Shown one piece after another: positions 53,637 through 64,000 of a stretch of DNA of 64,000 nucleotides; within the stretch, counting starts at the first letter, position 1, and each line of letters opens with the position of its first letter. Under the pieces are notes generated by a model that did not search any database, was not told the DNA's origin, and saw only the letters and a list, made by a program, of their open reading frames with translations. Origin of the DNA: Camelus dromedarius (taxonomy: Eukaryota). Position numbers and translations under genes: made by a program. The stretch is from contig NC_087436.1 in NCBI RefSeq assembly GCF_036321535.1, positions 58,158,001 to 58,222,000 on the forward strand, written 5' to 3'.

Positions 53637-55954
53637 TTGGATAGTACAGTCATTTTAACAATATTGATTCTTCCAATCCAAGAACATGGTATATATTTCC
53701 ATCTGTTTTTGTAGTCTCCAATTTATTTCATCAGTGTTTTCTAGTGTCCCAAGTACAGGTCTTTTACTTCCTTAGGTAGGTTTATTTTTAGGAATTCTAT
53801 TCTTTTTGATGTAATGGTAAATGGGATTTTTACCTTAATTTCTTTTTCCAATACTTTGTTGTTAGTGTATAGAAGTGCAACAAATTTCTATATATTAATT
53901 TTGTATCCTGCGACTTTACTGAATTCACTGATGAGCTCTAGTAGTTTTCTGGTGGTGTGTTTAGGATTTTCTATGTATAGTATCATTTCATCTGTAAAGA
54001 GTGACAATTTTATTTCTTCTTTTCCAATTAGAATTCTTTTAAATTTCTTTTTCTTTTCTGATTGCTGTGGCTATGACTTCCAAAACTATGTTAAATAAAA
54101 CTGGTGACAGTGGGCATCCTTGTCTTGCTCCTGATCTTAGAGGAAATGCTTTCAGCTTTTCACTGTTGAGTATGATGTTAGCTGTGGGTTTGTCACATAT
54201 GTCCTTTATTATGTTGAGGTATGTTCCCACTATGCCCACTTTCTGCAGTTCTTAATCATAAATGACCATACTACCCAAGGCAATCTACAGATTTAATACA
54301 TTCCCTATCAAAATGCCAATGGCATTTTTCCACACCTAGAACAAATAATTTTAAAATTTCTATGAAAACACAAGAGATCCCAAATAGCCAAAACAATCTT
54401 GAGAAAGAAGAACAGAGGTGGAAATATCACATTCCCTGACTTTAGGCTATACTAAAAAGCTACTACACTCATCAAAACACTATGGTACTAGCATCAAAAA
54501 AAAAAGACACATGGATCAATGGAACAGACTAGAGAGCCCAGAAGCAAGCTCACACCCTTAAGGTCAATTAATCAATGACAAAGGAGGCGAGAATATACAA
54601 TGGAGACAAGATAGTCTCTTCAACAAGTGGTGCTGGGAAAACTGGACAGCTACATGTAAAAGAATGAAATTACATCATCTAAAACTATATAAATAATAAC
54701 TCAAAATGGATTAAAGACCTAAATGTAAGACCAGATACTCTAATACTCCTAGAGAAAAAACATAGGTAGAACACTCTTTGACATAAATCACAGCAAGATT
54801 TTCTTGAATCCCTCTCCTAAAACAAAGGAAATAAAAGCAAAAATAAACAAATGGGACCTAACTCAACTTAAAAGCTTTGCACAGCAAAGGAAATCACTGA
54901 CAAAATGAAAAAACAACCTACTGAATGGAAGAAAATATTTGCAAATGATATGACTAATAAGAGGTAAATATCCAAAATACATAAACAGCTCATAAAACTC
55001 AATGTTGAAAAAATAACCTGATTAAAAAATGGGCAAAAGAACCAAATACACATTTTACCAAAGAAGAAATGCAGATGGACAACAGGCACATGAAAAGATG
55101 TTCAACATTGCTAATCATCACAGAAATGTAAATCAAAACTACAGTAAGATATCACCTCACATCTGTCAGAATGGGTATCATCAAAAGAACACAAAAAACA
55201 AAAGTGAGGATGTGGAGAAAAGGAAATCCTAGTACACTGTTGGTAGGAATGTAAATCAGTACAGCCACGGTGGAAAAAAGTATGGATGTTTCCAAAAGAA
55301 CTAAAATTAGAAGTACCAAATGACCTAGAAATTCCACTCCTGGGAATATAACCCTAAAAATAAAAAACACTAGTTCAAAAAGATACATGCATGCACCCCA
55401 CTGTTCATAGCAGTGCAATTTACAATTACCAACATACGGAAGCAACCAAAGTGTCCATACAGATGTAATGGACAAAGAATATGTGGTATATACACATAAT
55501 GGAATACTACTCAGACAAAAAAAGAATGAAATTTTACCATTTGCAGAAACTCAGATGGACTTGGAGGGCATTATACTAAGTCAAATAAGTCAGACCAAGA
55601 AAGAAAAATACTTTATGGTATCACTTATATGTGAAATCTAAAAAAATACAACAAACTAGTGAATATAACAAAAAAGAAGCAGACTTTAAGATATAGAGAA
55701 CAAACAAGTGGTTACCAGTTGGGGGAGGGAAGCAGGGAGAGGTTTTTATAAAGGGGTTGGGGAGTAAGAGGTACAGACTATTAGCTATAAAATACAAAGA
55801 TATATTGTACAAAACAAGAAATATAGTCAATATTTTATAATAACTACAACTGGAGTATAACCTTTAAAATTGTGAATCACTCTGTCATACACCTGTAACT
55901 TACAAAATTATACAGCAACTATACTCTACTTTTAAAAATGTGAAAAAAATAAAT
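53637..55954 (+). mobile_element. L1 with 5' inversion (twin priming)
   Basis: Minus-strand RT-region ORF2 ([19 protein letters not shown]) to ~54260, then plus-strand ORF2 and 3'UTR; TSD aaaatcactgcttttcc (53620-53636) / aaaagcacaggttttcc (55955-55971). Confidence 0.92.
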
Positions 55955-56204
55955 AAAAGCACAGGTTTTCCATTTCGTGATGGCTGCTCCTTCAGAAGTT
56001 AACATGTGCTGTTTTTTGCTCAGCAGCAATTATCAATCACCTGGAAGTAATTGGAGTAAGTGTCTAAGAGGTAAAGTGCCCTGTAGTAGCATGCCACCAC
56101 AGTACCAACAGACTAAGCAACAAGCTGGTACCTAAAACTATTCCTTTCTGACACTTCATATTATGCCCTTCCCATTTTTTAAAAATAAGCATTAATATGC
56201 TTAC

Positions 56205-56610
56205 AGAGCTGAGAAATAGAATTGTAGACAGAAAGTCAATTTAAACATAAAGCAGAATGATGGTTGCCAGGGGCAGAAGGGAAGAGGAGGGAGATCGGGA
56301 GAGGTTGGGAAAAGGGCACAGACATTCAAGTTATAAAATGAATAAATTCTGAGGATCTAAAGTATAGCATGGTGACTATGGTTGATGATACTATATTATA
56401 TAATTGAAATTTGCTAAGAAAGTAGATCTTAATTGTTCTCAGGAAAAAGTTAAAAAAAACAGACTATGTGAGGTTATGGATGTGTTAATTAATTTGACTG
56501 TGGGAATTCCTTCACTATGTATGTGTGTATCAAATCATTACATTGTGCTTTAAATATATTATAATTTAATTTGTAAATTATACTTCAGTAAAACTGGAAA
56601 GAAAAAAAGA
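56205..56610 (+). mobile_element. L1MA/MB-like 3' end
   Basis: tggttgccagggg..agcatggtgactat..ttgctaagaaagtagatctt. Confidence 0.8.
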
Positions 56611-57279
56611 ACTATGAATAGTTAGCCTGTATTGCTGTGGCCCTTCTTAGAATTGTTCTTGCTGTACTTAATTATCTTTATGCTTCTAGCTTGCATCAAA
56701 GTATGCTTTAAGAAACAACTGTTGAACATCCTTATTAAATTTATTCTAGAGATTTTGCTAACATCCACTGCATATTTCAATGTCCCTTTTAAAATCAGTT
56801 GAAATCTCTCTATTTTCTAACTAATTTGGCTGTTTTCTTCTAATGGACACTGTGAAAACTATAACTGACAAAGTTACTTCATTGTTCTGTCCACTTGAAT
56901 TCAAGAAGAAAAAAGTAGCCAACTTCCAGGACTAAGTCCTTTTTTAATACTCATAGTTCCCTGGTTTTTTTTTTTTTCTTGAGCCTGTATTTTTATTTAT
57001 TTTATTAAAAATATTGAATCACTTTATTAAGGTATGATTGACATGAAAAAGCTCTATAATTTAATATATATCTTGATGAGTTTGGAGATAAGTAAACTCT
57101 GGTGAAACCATCACCACAATATATGCCATAAACAACTTAAGCTTATATTTTTATTCTTTAAATACTTAACTATTTTTAATCCTTTTAAATACATACAATA
57201 TATAGAATTAATAGCCATATGAATATTTATTGCATCCTTATTATACACCAATCATGTCCAATGTTATTTTTATGCACCA

Positions 57280-57430
57280 TATCATTAATTGTGACATCAA
57301 TGTTAACATGTAGGTGACAGTTGTTATGTTCATTTTACAGATAAGGAAAATAAGTCTTGTGCAAGTTAACTTGCCCAAGGTCATGAAGCTAGTAAACAGT
57401 GAAGCTAGCACTTGAATACAGACTTTCCTG
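57280..57430 (-). mobile_element. MIR
   Basis: cattttacagataaggaaa..aacttgcccaaggtcatgaagctagtaa. Confidence 0.75.
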
Positions 57431-57797
57431 ACTTATAGAAAAAAAAAGTGCTTAACTTTGTACTGGAACTAGGCCTCCTAGCACTTAGTTCCGCATTTTT
57501 CTTGAGTCGTACATTATCTTTTCAATCCCACTGTCATTTTGTATCTCTCAGACCAGCCATTAGTAATTAGGAGTACATCCCTTTGGTTTTCCATGAAGCA
57601 TACACTCATTTTCTGAAAAGTCATTCACAAAACTTGGATTCTTTGAGTAAAATTCCACTGCTTTCTTTTTACAGTGATGTAAAGAAGCAGACATAAAATG
57701 ATGATCTTCATTTTATGTGCTCTGTTGTTTTTTTTTTTTCCCCTATTACATAAAATGCAAGTTAAACTTAAGTATGGGCAGAAGTCCTAAAACTCTC

Positions 57798-58098
57798 CTA
57801 TACAGTAATAGAATTTTGAAGCTGGCTCTCTCCCCTATCCCTCCTCTTTCTCAATATCTAAAGATATGAGTTTAAATGTCAGGCAATATAGCACTGGAAC
57901 TCATGTCCCTTCCGTGGCACTAGGAGATAACGACAGTTTAATCATCTCCTCCAGAGAAAGAGTCTCAAATGATTCTCCGAAAGAAGAGTCAGATGACTGC
58001 TGCATGATATGTTCCGTAACTACACAATGGACTGTTGCAATCCATACTACTTTAAATTCAGTAACTGTTTCCTTTTTAAAGTGAAGGAGATTGTAGAT
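57798..58098 (-). pseudogene. Fossil exon (301 bp)
   Basis: Strong acceptor tctttcttcttcccag; 100 codons with 2 stops (IYNLLHF..VWIATVHCVVTEH..GESFETLSLEEMIKL..SKFYYCI-G). The donor position reads G|GAGAGT, probably a mutated GTGAGT, in phase 1. Confidence 0.7.
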
Positions 58099-58266
58099 CT
58101 GGGAAGAAGAAAGATGTTTGTTCTACTTTAAATGAGTATAAACCCATAAAATTATAAAGAATACAACTCAAAAGAAAATCTATGAAAGATCTCTTAGAAA
58201 ATTCAGCAGAAGATATCTCCCAGGGTCTGCCCATAACAAGTCTATGCTGCAAATATGTTAACTTAC

Positions 58267-58334
58267 GGTTGATACAAACTTTTTTTTTAAATAAGAAAGA
58301 AAAATGTGTGTTGATAAATAAAGTTTTGTTATTA
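58267..58334 (-). pseudogene. Fossil exon (68 bp)
   Basis: ctttag| ... ACC|GTAAGT; open frame ITKLYLSTHIFLSYLKKKFVST, phase 1 to 0. Confidence 0.5.
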
Positions 58335-58394
58335 CTAAAGTTTTAAACTTTATTTACCTTCTTTATTTGCCTTATTTATTAATACATAAGTTTT

Positions 58395-58525
58395 ATATTT
58401 ATTTGTTTTGTTTTGGGGGGGAGTAGTTAGGTTTGTTGGTTTATTTTAAATGAAGGTACTGTGGATTGAACCCAGGACCTTGGGCATGCTAAGCAGCCAC
58501 TCCACCACTGAGCTATGCCCTCCCC
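58395..58525 (-). mobile_element. Vic-1-type camelid SINE
   Basis: Reverse of ggggagggcatagctcagtggtggag..gtcctgggttcaatccacagtacc. Confidence 0.9.
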
Positions 58526-60472
58526 TCTATATATATTTGTTTATTTTATCTATTTATTAATACTTAAGTTATCCAAAGAGTATTTAAAATAAGAGGAATT
58601 ATTAATAATAATGTATAAAATGTCTAGAAGACATTTAGTAACTTGGAATATAAAAAAAATGGTAAAATGTTGACTGATAAAAATCATAATTATGTCTTAC
58701 AGATTACACATTGAAAATGTGGGCTTAGCTCTATTCAGTTTATTGAGAATACAGAAATATTTTAAAATAGGATTAAGAAAAGGGATTTTTAGAACTAGAC
58801 AAACAATGTAAATCCCAGTTGTCCAACTCCTACATGGTCTTGGAAAAAGAGCTTATCTTTCCTAGCCTCAGTTTGCTATTCTTAGAAGGAACTAGATGCT
58901 CTTATCAGCATTACATTAGAACATATGAAGTGTTTATCAGAATCTCAGGCTTGCTGTAGGTGCTCATTCAGGCTTGGTTTTGTTTTTTCTTTTAATAATT
59001 TTCCTTATTTCAACATGTACTGAAGTAGAGCCCAGCAATAGGCTAGCATATCTTGGAAAACAATGTTTGTTCATGTTGTTTACCTATTACCAAAAACAAA
59101 CAAGAAAGGAAAAAAGAACAAATAATGTAAGGCTATTAATTAGGAGTTAGTTGGGGTGAGAAGGTAATCATCCTTAATTAGTTAAAAGCCTGAAATGTAC
59201 AGTATTCATAAGCAAATGTGAATTTATTTCCTTCAGAGCCAAACTAGAACAAATGATTAAACAAATATTAAATCATTAGTTCTGACAAACCTACTTTAAT
59301 GAACAAATAAGACACTTATAATTAGCATATTCTGTGCAAATGTCCTGGTAGAATACTTAAATCAAGTGTTTTTTTTTAAATAACTTAAACATTTTCTTTA
59401 TATGTTCTCACCCAATCCAATCGAAGCTATTAATTTAGTTGGCTAAATCTATTAAGGATAATTGTTTCTATCTATCTACAAATCTAGTCCACAAAATTAT
59501 ATATTAACATCATTATAAATTCTGAATAAATTTAATTCAAAATTAGTAAAATTTGACTATCAGTGACTTTGATAGCAGAATAAAAAAGGATGTGGAAACA
59601 AGAATCAGATAGTCTTATTTTGATTTTAGCAGTTCAAATATAATAAATGTGAGCTTCATTTAAGATACAGTTTTTGACCAAAATTACCAATTATGTGAGG
59701 GGGGTTGCAGTTTCCTAAGTCACTTAGTTGGAGATTCAGGGTAAGTAAGCTGTCATGAAGTTCAGGAATCTGAATATTTAAGAACTCCTAGATATTTGTT
59801 AATCTGATAACTTGGGGAAGTATTTCTAGACATTGTCACCAAAGTTTACTGTCAAATTTGGCAACTTAGATATAGATCCAGACCGAATAAATGGCCTGAT
59901 GGCACACTTTCAAGTTTTACAGGGAAGAAAAATGGTCAGAAATCTATGAAACCCAACGTTAAGTGTTTTGAAATATGAAACAAATAAAATTCACTTTAAT
60001 TAAAACTGTTTACATCCATCCATTCATACATAAATTCCTTCATTCTTTTTTTCAATCATTGAGCACCTACATTGTTTTGCATCCTCTTAAAGGGCAACAG
60101 CTACAAAGATTAAGTGAAGGTCATTGAATAAATAAATGAAAGGTTCCTCTTCAGAAATGTATGTTAATAACGAGCTTATTCTTTCCAGAATATAAAATCT
60201 TTGCTATGAGGCTGAGCACACAAAATGGAAGACTTTTAGTAGAAAAGAGAGTCTCAGGTACTAGAGAATGCTTGGCAAAAGAACTACTAGAAACAAATAA
60301 ACATACAAATGCCAGAAAAGAAAATCATAGCTACTTCATAATAGAGGCTTAAACATTTTTGTATAATAGAGATCAAATGTTCTACACAAAAGAATATGTT
60401 TTAATAACTTTCACCAAATTTGAGAACTTAATAGTAGCTTATGCGTTCTATTTTTTAAAAAAGGAAGATTAC

Positions 60473-60642
60473 TTGATGTCTAAGAAGACAAAACTGTCTC
60501 CATTCTATGTCTTTCTTAGTCTTCCTATCACACTCCTAAAATTCCTGTTCCCACAGCCTACCCTTGATTTTCTAGCTTTGACCTTTCAGAGATGTTTCTC
60601 TTTATCTCATTTTCCATGAATTATCAACAAAAGCAACAAGTC
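60473..60642 (-). pseudogene. Fossil exon
   Basis: Phase 2 in, phase 1 out, fitting both neighbours; G|TCCFC ~ GNCVGC and NQG ~ AQG; many stops. Confidence 0.4.
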
Positions 60643-60904
60643 CTTATTATTAGTATTATCCATAGCATCAGTTATTAGCCACTATCATAGACAGAGTCCC
60701 TGTTTTTACTACCACTAGTGTATCCTCTCATTTTTATTTGTCAATGTTAGAGGGAGTCACTGATGTGTTCCTGAAGTCATCGTAGAAAAGCTGGCCTTTG
60801 AAGTACTGGGGTGGACAATGCCTGATCCTAGGAACACAGACACATACTTTTTATATAAGATTTTTGTGGGCCAAGGATTTGTTGTAGATGTATTCATGGG
60901 AAGG

Positions 60905-61200
60905 TGTCGACTGAAATAAAATCACACAACGTTAGAGTTGTGGGTTAAGTTTTATTGGGGGGCAAAATGAGGACTATAGCCCAGGAGACAGCATCTCAGA
61001 CAGCTCTGAGGAACTGCTGCTCCAAAGAGGCAGGGGGGAACTCAGTACATACATGATTTTGTGAAAGGGGGTACGTGCAGTCAGGCACACATTTAGGCAG
61101 AGGCTTTCTGCTACTCACAAGGGGAAGATGTCACTGTTGATGATTTTAGAGCTTTTCTAGACATGAGGAGATGCAAGAATTTGGCTCATAAAATCTTCTC
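60905..61200. mobile_element. ERV1-type LTR fragment
   Basis: tgtcgactgaaa..gaggactatagcccaggagacagcatctcagacagctctgag..ggctcataaaatcttc. Confidence 0.65.
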
Positions 61201-61245
61201 AAAGGTAAATAAATAAAATGTTTAGAGGGACTATCAGGCTCATAC

Positions 61246-61397
61246 CCTTCACCAAACAATAAATTTATCATATTCAGATGATGTCCACACTAAAATTAAT
61301 CATAATTCATGCAGATGTAAGACGTTTATTGTACTATTATCTCAGTACATTCTACCAAACTTTTAGATGATTAATTCTAATAAATACAAAGCATGCA
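61246..61397 (-). pseudogene. Fossil exon (start at 61397 or 61376)
   Basis: Long T tract plus AG; donor GG|GTATGA; SYICMNYD*F*CGHHLNMINLLFGEG weakly matches LLVCAVDKRF..NGHNALLGFSG. A frameshift is needed to join the previous exon. Confidence 0.4.
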
Positions 61398-61847
61398 CTT
61401 GATGAAAAAAAAAAGAATATGTATTTTCTAGTCAAACAGACCTATCTTTCTATCTGTGTTCCAATTTTTCTATGTGTGACTACACATGGCCAAATTTGCC
61501 TCTCAGAGCCATAAGCCAAGCAGTATTACGATCTAGTCACTGTGGTGGGAGCTATGGATTGACAGTAAAAGCGAAAACATTTGTGCTCTCAAAGTTTATA
61601 TTCTTTAGCAATGTGAAAAGCCACACTGCTGTTGTTTTTTCATATATTATTAAAAACTCTTAAATGAAATATTCATAGTTCCTAATTTTAATCATTGTGT
61701 CAATTAGCAAAAAATAATTTCTTTTGTTTTCTCATTTTTTTCTCTGTTAACAGACATTCTCTTAAGAATTCAAACTTACATGATTCATAGAGGGTAAAGA
61801 GAAATTGATTTAACCTGCTCCAAGGTATTTTTCCACCTAATCGTTAC

Positions 61848-61986
61848 CTTCCTCAGTATTCCCTTCACACAGACTCTGCATTAGGGAAACCACTCCATTC
61901 CATGCCTACTTTGTTTTACTTTTTATGGGTTAAAAATCTTCCTACTTTACCATTATTAATGTCCTTCTATTGATGTTCAACCTACC
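61848..61986 (-). pseudogene. Fossil exon
   Basis: attctcacag| ... GAAG|GTAACG; ends LMQSLCEGNTEE-G, similar to GREB1 LHPLPEGCCTTD-G; three stops. Confidence 0.45.
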
Positions 61987-62299
61987 CTGTGAGAATATAT
62001 TTCAAATTCTACAAATTACCTATTATTAATGTTTCACTAACTTCAGAATTTTTATAGCAATCAAGGACTCTACACCTTTCTTAGTTTAGATTACATTTAG
62101 TGAAATTACTTTTAATTCTTTATGTTTTATCTTTCTCAAATAATGTTTTCAGAATCAAAGGCTGTGTTTTTATGTTGTATTTTCTTACATTCTTTACTGT
62201 CACTGAATTGTATTTTATACAGCTCCAATGTCTTAACCATCTGTGTAAATACTTTAGGTACACAGAAAAAGTATGACAGGAAAAATCCACGTTTCCTAC

Positions 62300-62480
62300 C
62301 CGTAGAGTCATAGATTAGAGTCATAGCTTTGCCACTTACTATCTGTATGGCCTTTATGTAGTCGCTTAAATGTTTTAACCCCCACTTTCACCATCTGTAA
62401 AATGGCAAAATTAGTGCCTTGTTGACAGATTCAGAGAAAATAAACATGAAATTTATAACTCCTAATACACTGTGGTTTAT
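62300..62480 (+). mobile_element. MIR
   Basis: gccacttactatctgtatggcctt..tttcaccatctgtaaaatgg. Confidence 0.7.
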
Positions 62481-63899
62481 AATTGCAAGGCTTACATTGA
62501 TAAAAGGACAAACTACCTTCTCTTCTTTCTTTAAAGTAACCCTCTTGATTGCACACTGGCCTTGAGTCTATTTAGAGATACCTGGCCTCTTAAAACACTC
62601 TTAAACACTCAGAAACTGGCTATCTTTCTTTGGAATCATTTCTGTTATCCTTTAGTAAGTTCAATGCTTCTCAAAGTATTTTCTAAGGAATGCTCCTCTT
62701 GAGAAATAATATGGAAAAAAGGAGAATTCAGAGAAATACAACTCTGTAAACTGTTGCTTATGGTTTGCACTCTTAAAGATTAACATTTCACATAAAGTTA
62801 TTAAAGTCTGTGAGACATCCAGCAACACAGAACCAATTTGATTTTTTTAATCTCATACCTTTTTTAAAATGTGAAATTGGTCATGTAAATTTTACATGAT
62901 AATTACCCATGGAAACAGTCTTACTTAGAACTTAAAATGTTTAAAAATTCAGCCTTAGTTCAAATAACTGCCTAATATTGCCTTGGATGAGAGATGTGTG
63001 GAATCAAGTTGTTACTAAGTAAGAATTATCTGATAACCACATCATTTACAAAAGTATTTATTGAAGAATAAATAAGAAGTAAACAGGAGCAACCAGGAGA
63101 GACCAAGCAAGTTTAATATTATCTACCCTTCTCCCTTTCACTTCCTTAGGATTTTTACTTCTAAACCATGTGGCCCTTGAAAATTATCTCCTTTCTGTTA
63201 GCCAAGATTATGCTTTCTACTAGAATAAATCAAGAATATTAATTTTCATTTATCTAGTCAATTTATGATAATTTCCATAAGATGTATCCAAATCTATTCA
63301 TTTGTAATGATTATTTTGACCTGAATTTACAGTGGGCTGGTTATACTGGTGTCATGAAATTTTCTAGTTACTAGATTTTACTTTTTGCCATTACACTCAC
63401 TGTGCCTATCAGACTATATGGGCTATACAGAAAAACAATTCATGCATTTTATTAACTTTCATGAGATTAAATAGGAAAAAATTTCTCTTATAGCAATTAC
63501 AATTGCTTATGATTATATAAAGACACATAAATAACCTTATAATATTATTTTTGATTATTTATTAGAAGCAAATATATCCTCCATTAAACTTTACACTCAC
63601 TTTGGTCTTGATATTGCTTCTGCTTATAAATTACAAAAAAAGAATATTTCATTTTTGATTTCCTTCAGAGTTGCCTATATAAAATTCTTAAAAGGCTATT
63701 AATTTCTCTTAATTTTATAAGCTTTTCTACTGGCATTGTTACATTTTTGAGGTTTCCACTTCATTTTATACTTGGTTGGTATACTATTTTAATGATATTT
63801 TTAAAATTTATGCATGGCTTATGTCAGATCTAAATGACAAGAAATCATTCATAATAAGGTTCTTAGTTTGGCTTTTCATCTGTTTCTAATTCAAATCAC

Positions 63900-64000
63900 C
63901 CTTAACTTCCCTAGCAACAAAACATAAGGGAGGGGGAAAATATTTAAGTGTTCATGTTATGAACCACTACATGGGTTCAGTTGCAGAACTGCTTCAACTT
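63900..64000 (-). pseudogene. Fossil exon (N-terminal, truncated by window edge)
   Basis: VEAVLQLNPCSGS*HEHLNIFPLPYVLLLGKLR then AGG|GTGATT, phase 0; resembles GREB1 IEASLRSN..PIFSQLYL. Confidence 0.55.

Larger units (their letters stand above)
403..64000 (-). pseudogene. Unprocessed multi-exon pseudogene, divergent GREB1/GREB1L-family paralog; continues beyond the right edge and probably the left
   Basis: About 18 exon-like segments with AG/GT ends, mostly compatible phases, and stops/frameshifts. Translations match recalled GREB1/GREB1L blocks in order, e.g. VEAVLQLN~IEASLRSN, VHCVVTEH~VHVVVTQN, L*SLLT~SESLLT, LAVTCSIHKYMCEI~LAVAQKLLSHVCSI, TLEKLVINML~TFEKMVNTLL, ISLNSSVVW~ISDDSCVMW, AVQASQHVC~AVVPAQYIC. 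Confidence 0.75.

Noticed and set aside
1..64000. CRISPR arrays, operons, rRNA or other prokaryotic systems
   Set aside because: The sequence is mammalian; no repeat-spacer array or long ORFs are present.

Overview
AT-rich mammalian genomic DNA, very likely camelid (two Vic-1-type tRNA-derived SINEs). I found no intact protein-coding gene; the ORF-track entries are repeat-derived, spurious or pseudo-exon fragments. Main result: almost the whole window appears to be one decayed, spliced gene on the minus strand. About 18 fossil exons run from the right edge (63900-64000, cut by the window) to about 403-622. Most have AG/GT boundaries, and many junctions are phase-compatible. They carry in-frame stops, several frameshifts and two apparently mutated splice sites. 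Their translations resemble, weakly but in collinear order, GREB1/GREB1L from N-terminus to near the C-terminus (circularly permuted SF2-helicase-like region, then TAGT glycosyltransferase region). They look too divergent to be GREB1 or GREB1L itself, suggesting a lost third GREB1-family paralog. These alignments were made by eye against sequences recalled from memory and need a real search. The introns hold L1s (two twin-primed, one internally deleted), ERV1/MaLR LTRs, hAT transposons, L2/MIR, a Ty3/Gypsy integrase relic and microsatellites.
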